Positions 63,767 to 64,000 of a DNA stretch of 64,000 nucleotides are shown one piece after another. Each line of letters starts with the position of its first letter. Positions within the stretch are counted from its first letter, which is position 1. A program made the position numbers and the translations under genes. The notes beneath the pieces were generated by a model. The model worked only from the letters and a program-made list of their open reading frames with translations, was not told the DNA's origin and ran no database searches. Origin of the DNA: Basidiobolus meristosporus CBS 931.73 (Eukaryota; Fungi; Basidiobolomycota); NCBI GenBank assembly GCA_002104905.1, contig MCFE01000177.1, forward strand, positions 78,353 through 142,352, in the 5' to 3' direction.

Positions 63767-64000
63767 TTAGGGTTAGGGGTTAGGGTTAGGGTTAGGGTTA
63801 GGGTTAGGGTTAGGGTTAGGGTTAGGGTTAGGGTTAGGGTTAGGGTTAGGGTTAGGGTTAGGGTTAGGGTTAGGGTTAGGGTTAGGGTTAGGGTTAGGGT
63901 TAGGGTTAGGGTTAGGGTTAGGGTTAGGGTTAGGGTTAGGGTTAGGGTTAGGGTTAGGGTTAGGGTTAGGGTTAGGGTTAGGGTTAGGGTTAGGGTTAGG
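63767..64000 (+). repeat. Telomere (TTAGGG)n, ~39 units, second unit a TTAGGGG variant
   Basis: Perfect array to the end of the window, G-rich strand running outward. Confidence 0.99.

Overview
Right-hand end of a eukaryotic chromosome, most likely from an early-diverging fungus (short GT-AG introns, Crinkler effector, chitin deacetylase, TTAGGG telomere). About two thirds of the window is nested, CpG-depleted transposon debris: two Ty1/copia families (one near-intact copy at 39975-44659), a chromoviral Ty3/gypsy, CACTA/EnSpm transposase relics, solo LTRs and four ~730-bp foldback MITEs with ANT-type 3-bp TSDs. CpG-rich islands carry a triple-CBM18 chitin deacetylase, a secreted two-domain Kre9-like protein, DPP3, an orphan gag, an intronless MDR oxidoreductase and a Crinkler gene with one nonsense codon. 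The last 7 kb is the most unusual part. Three successive coding sequences (copia gag, a Kelch-SNF2 helicase fusion, an ORF1-like frame) each stop abruptly at TTAGGG-type repeats (57003, 63070, 63767). The final ~690-bp module sits between telomeric repeats, with an inward-reading ORF and a 3' double hairpin, resembling telomere-attached retroelements. Family assignments come from motif recognition by eye, not database searches.
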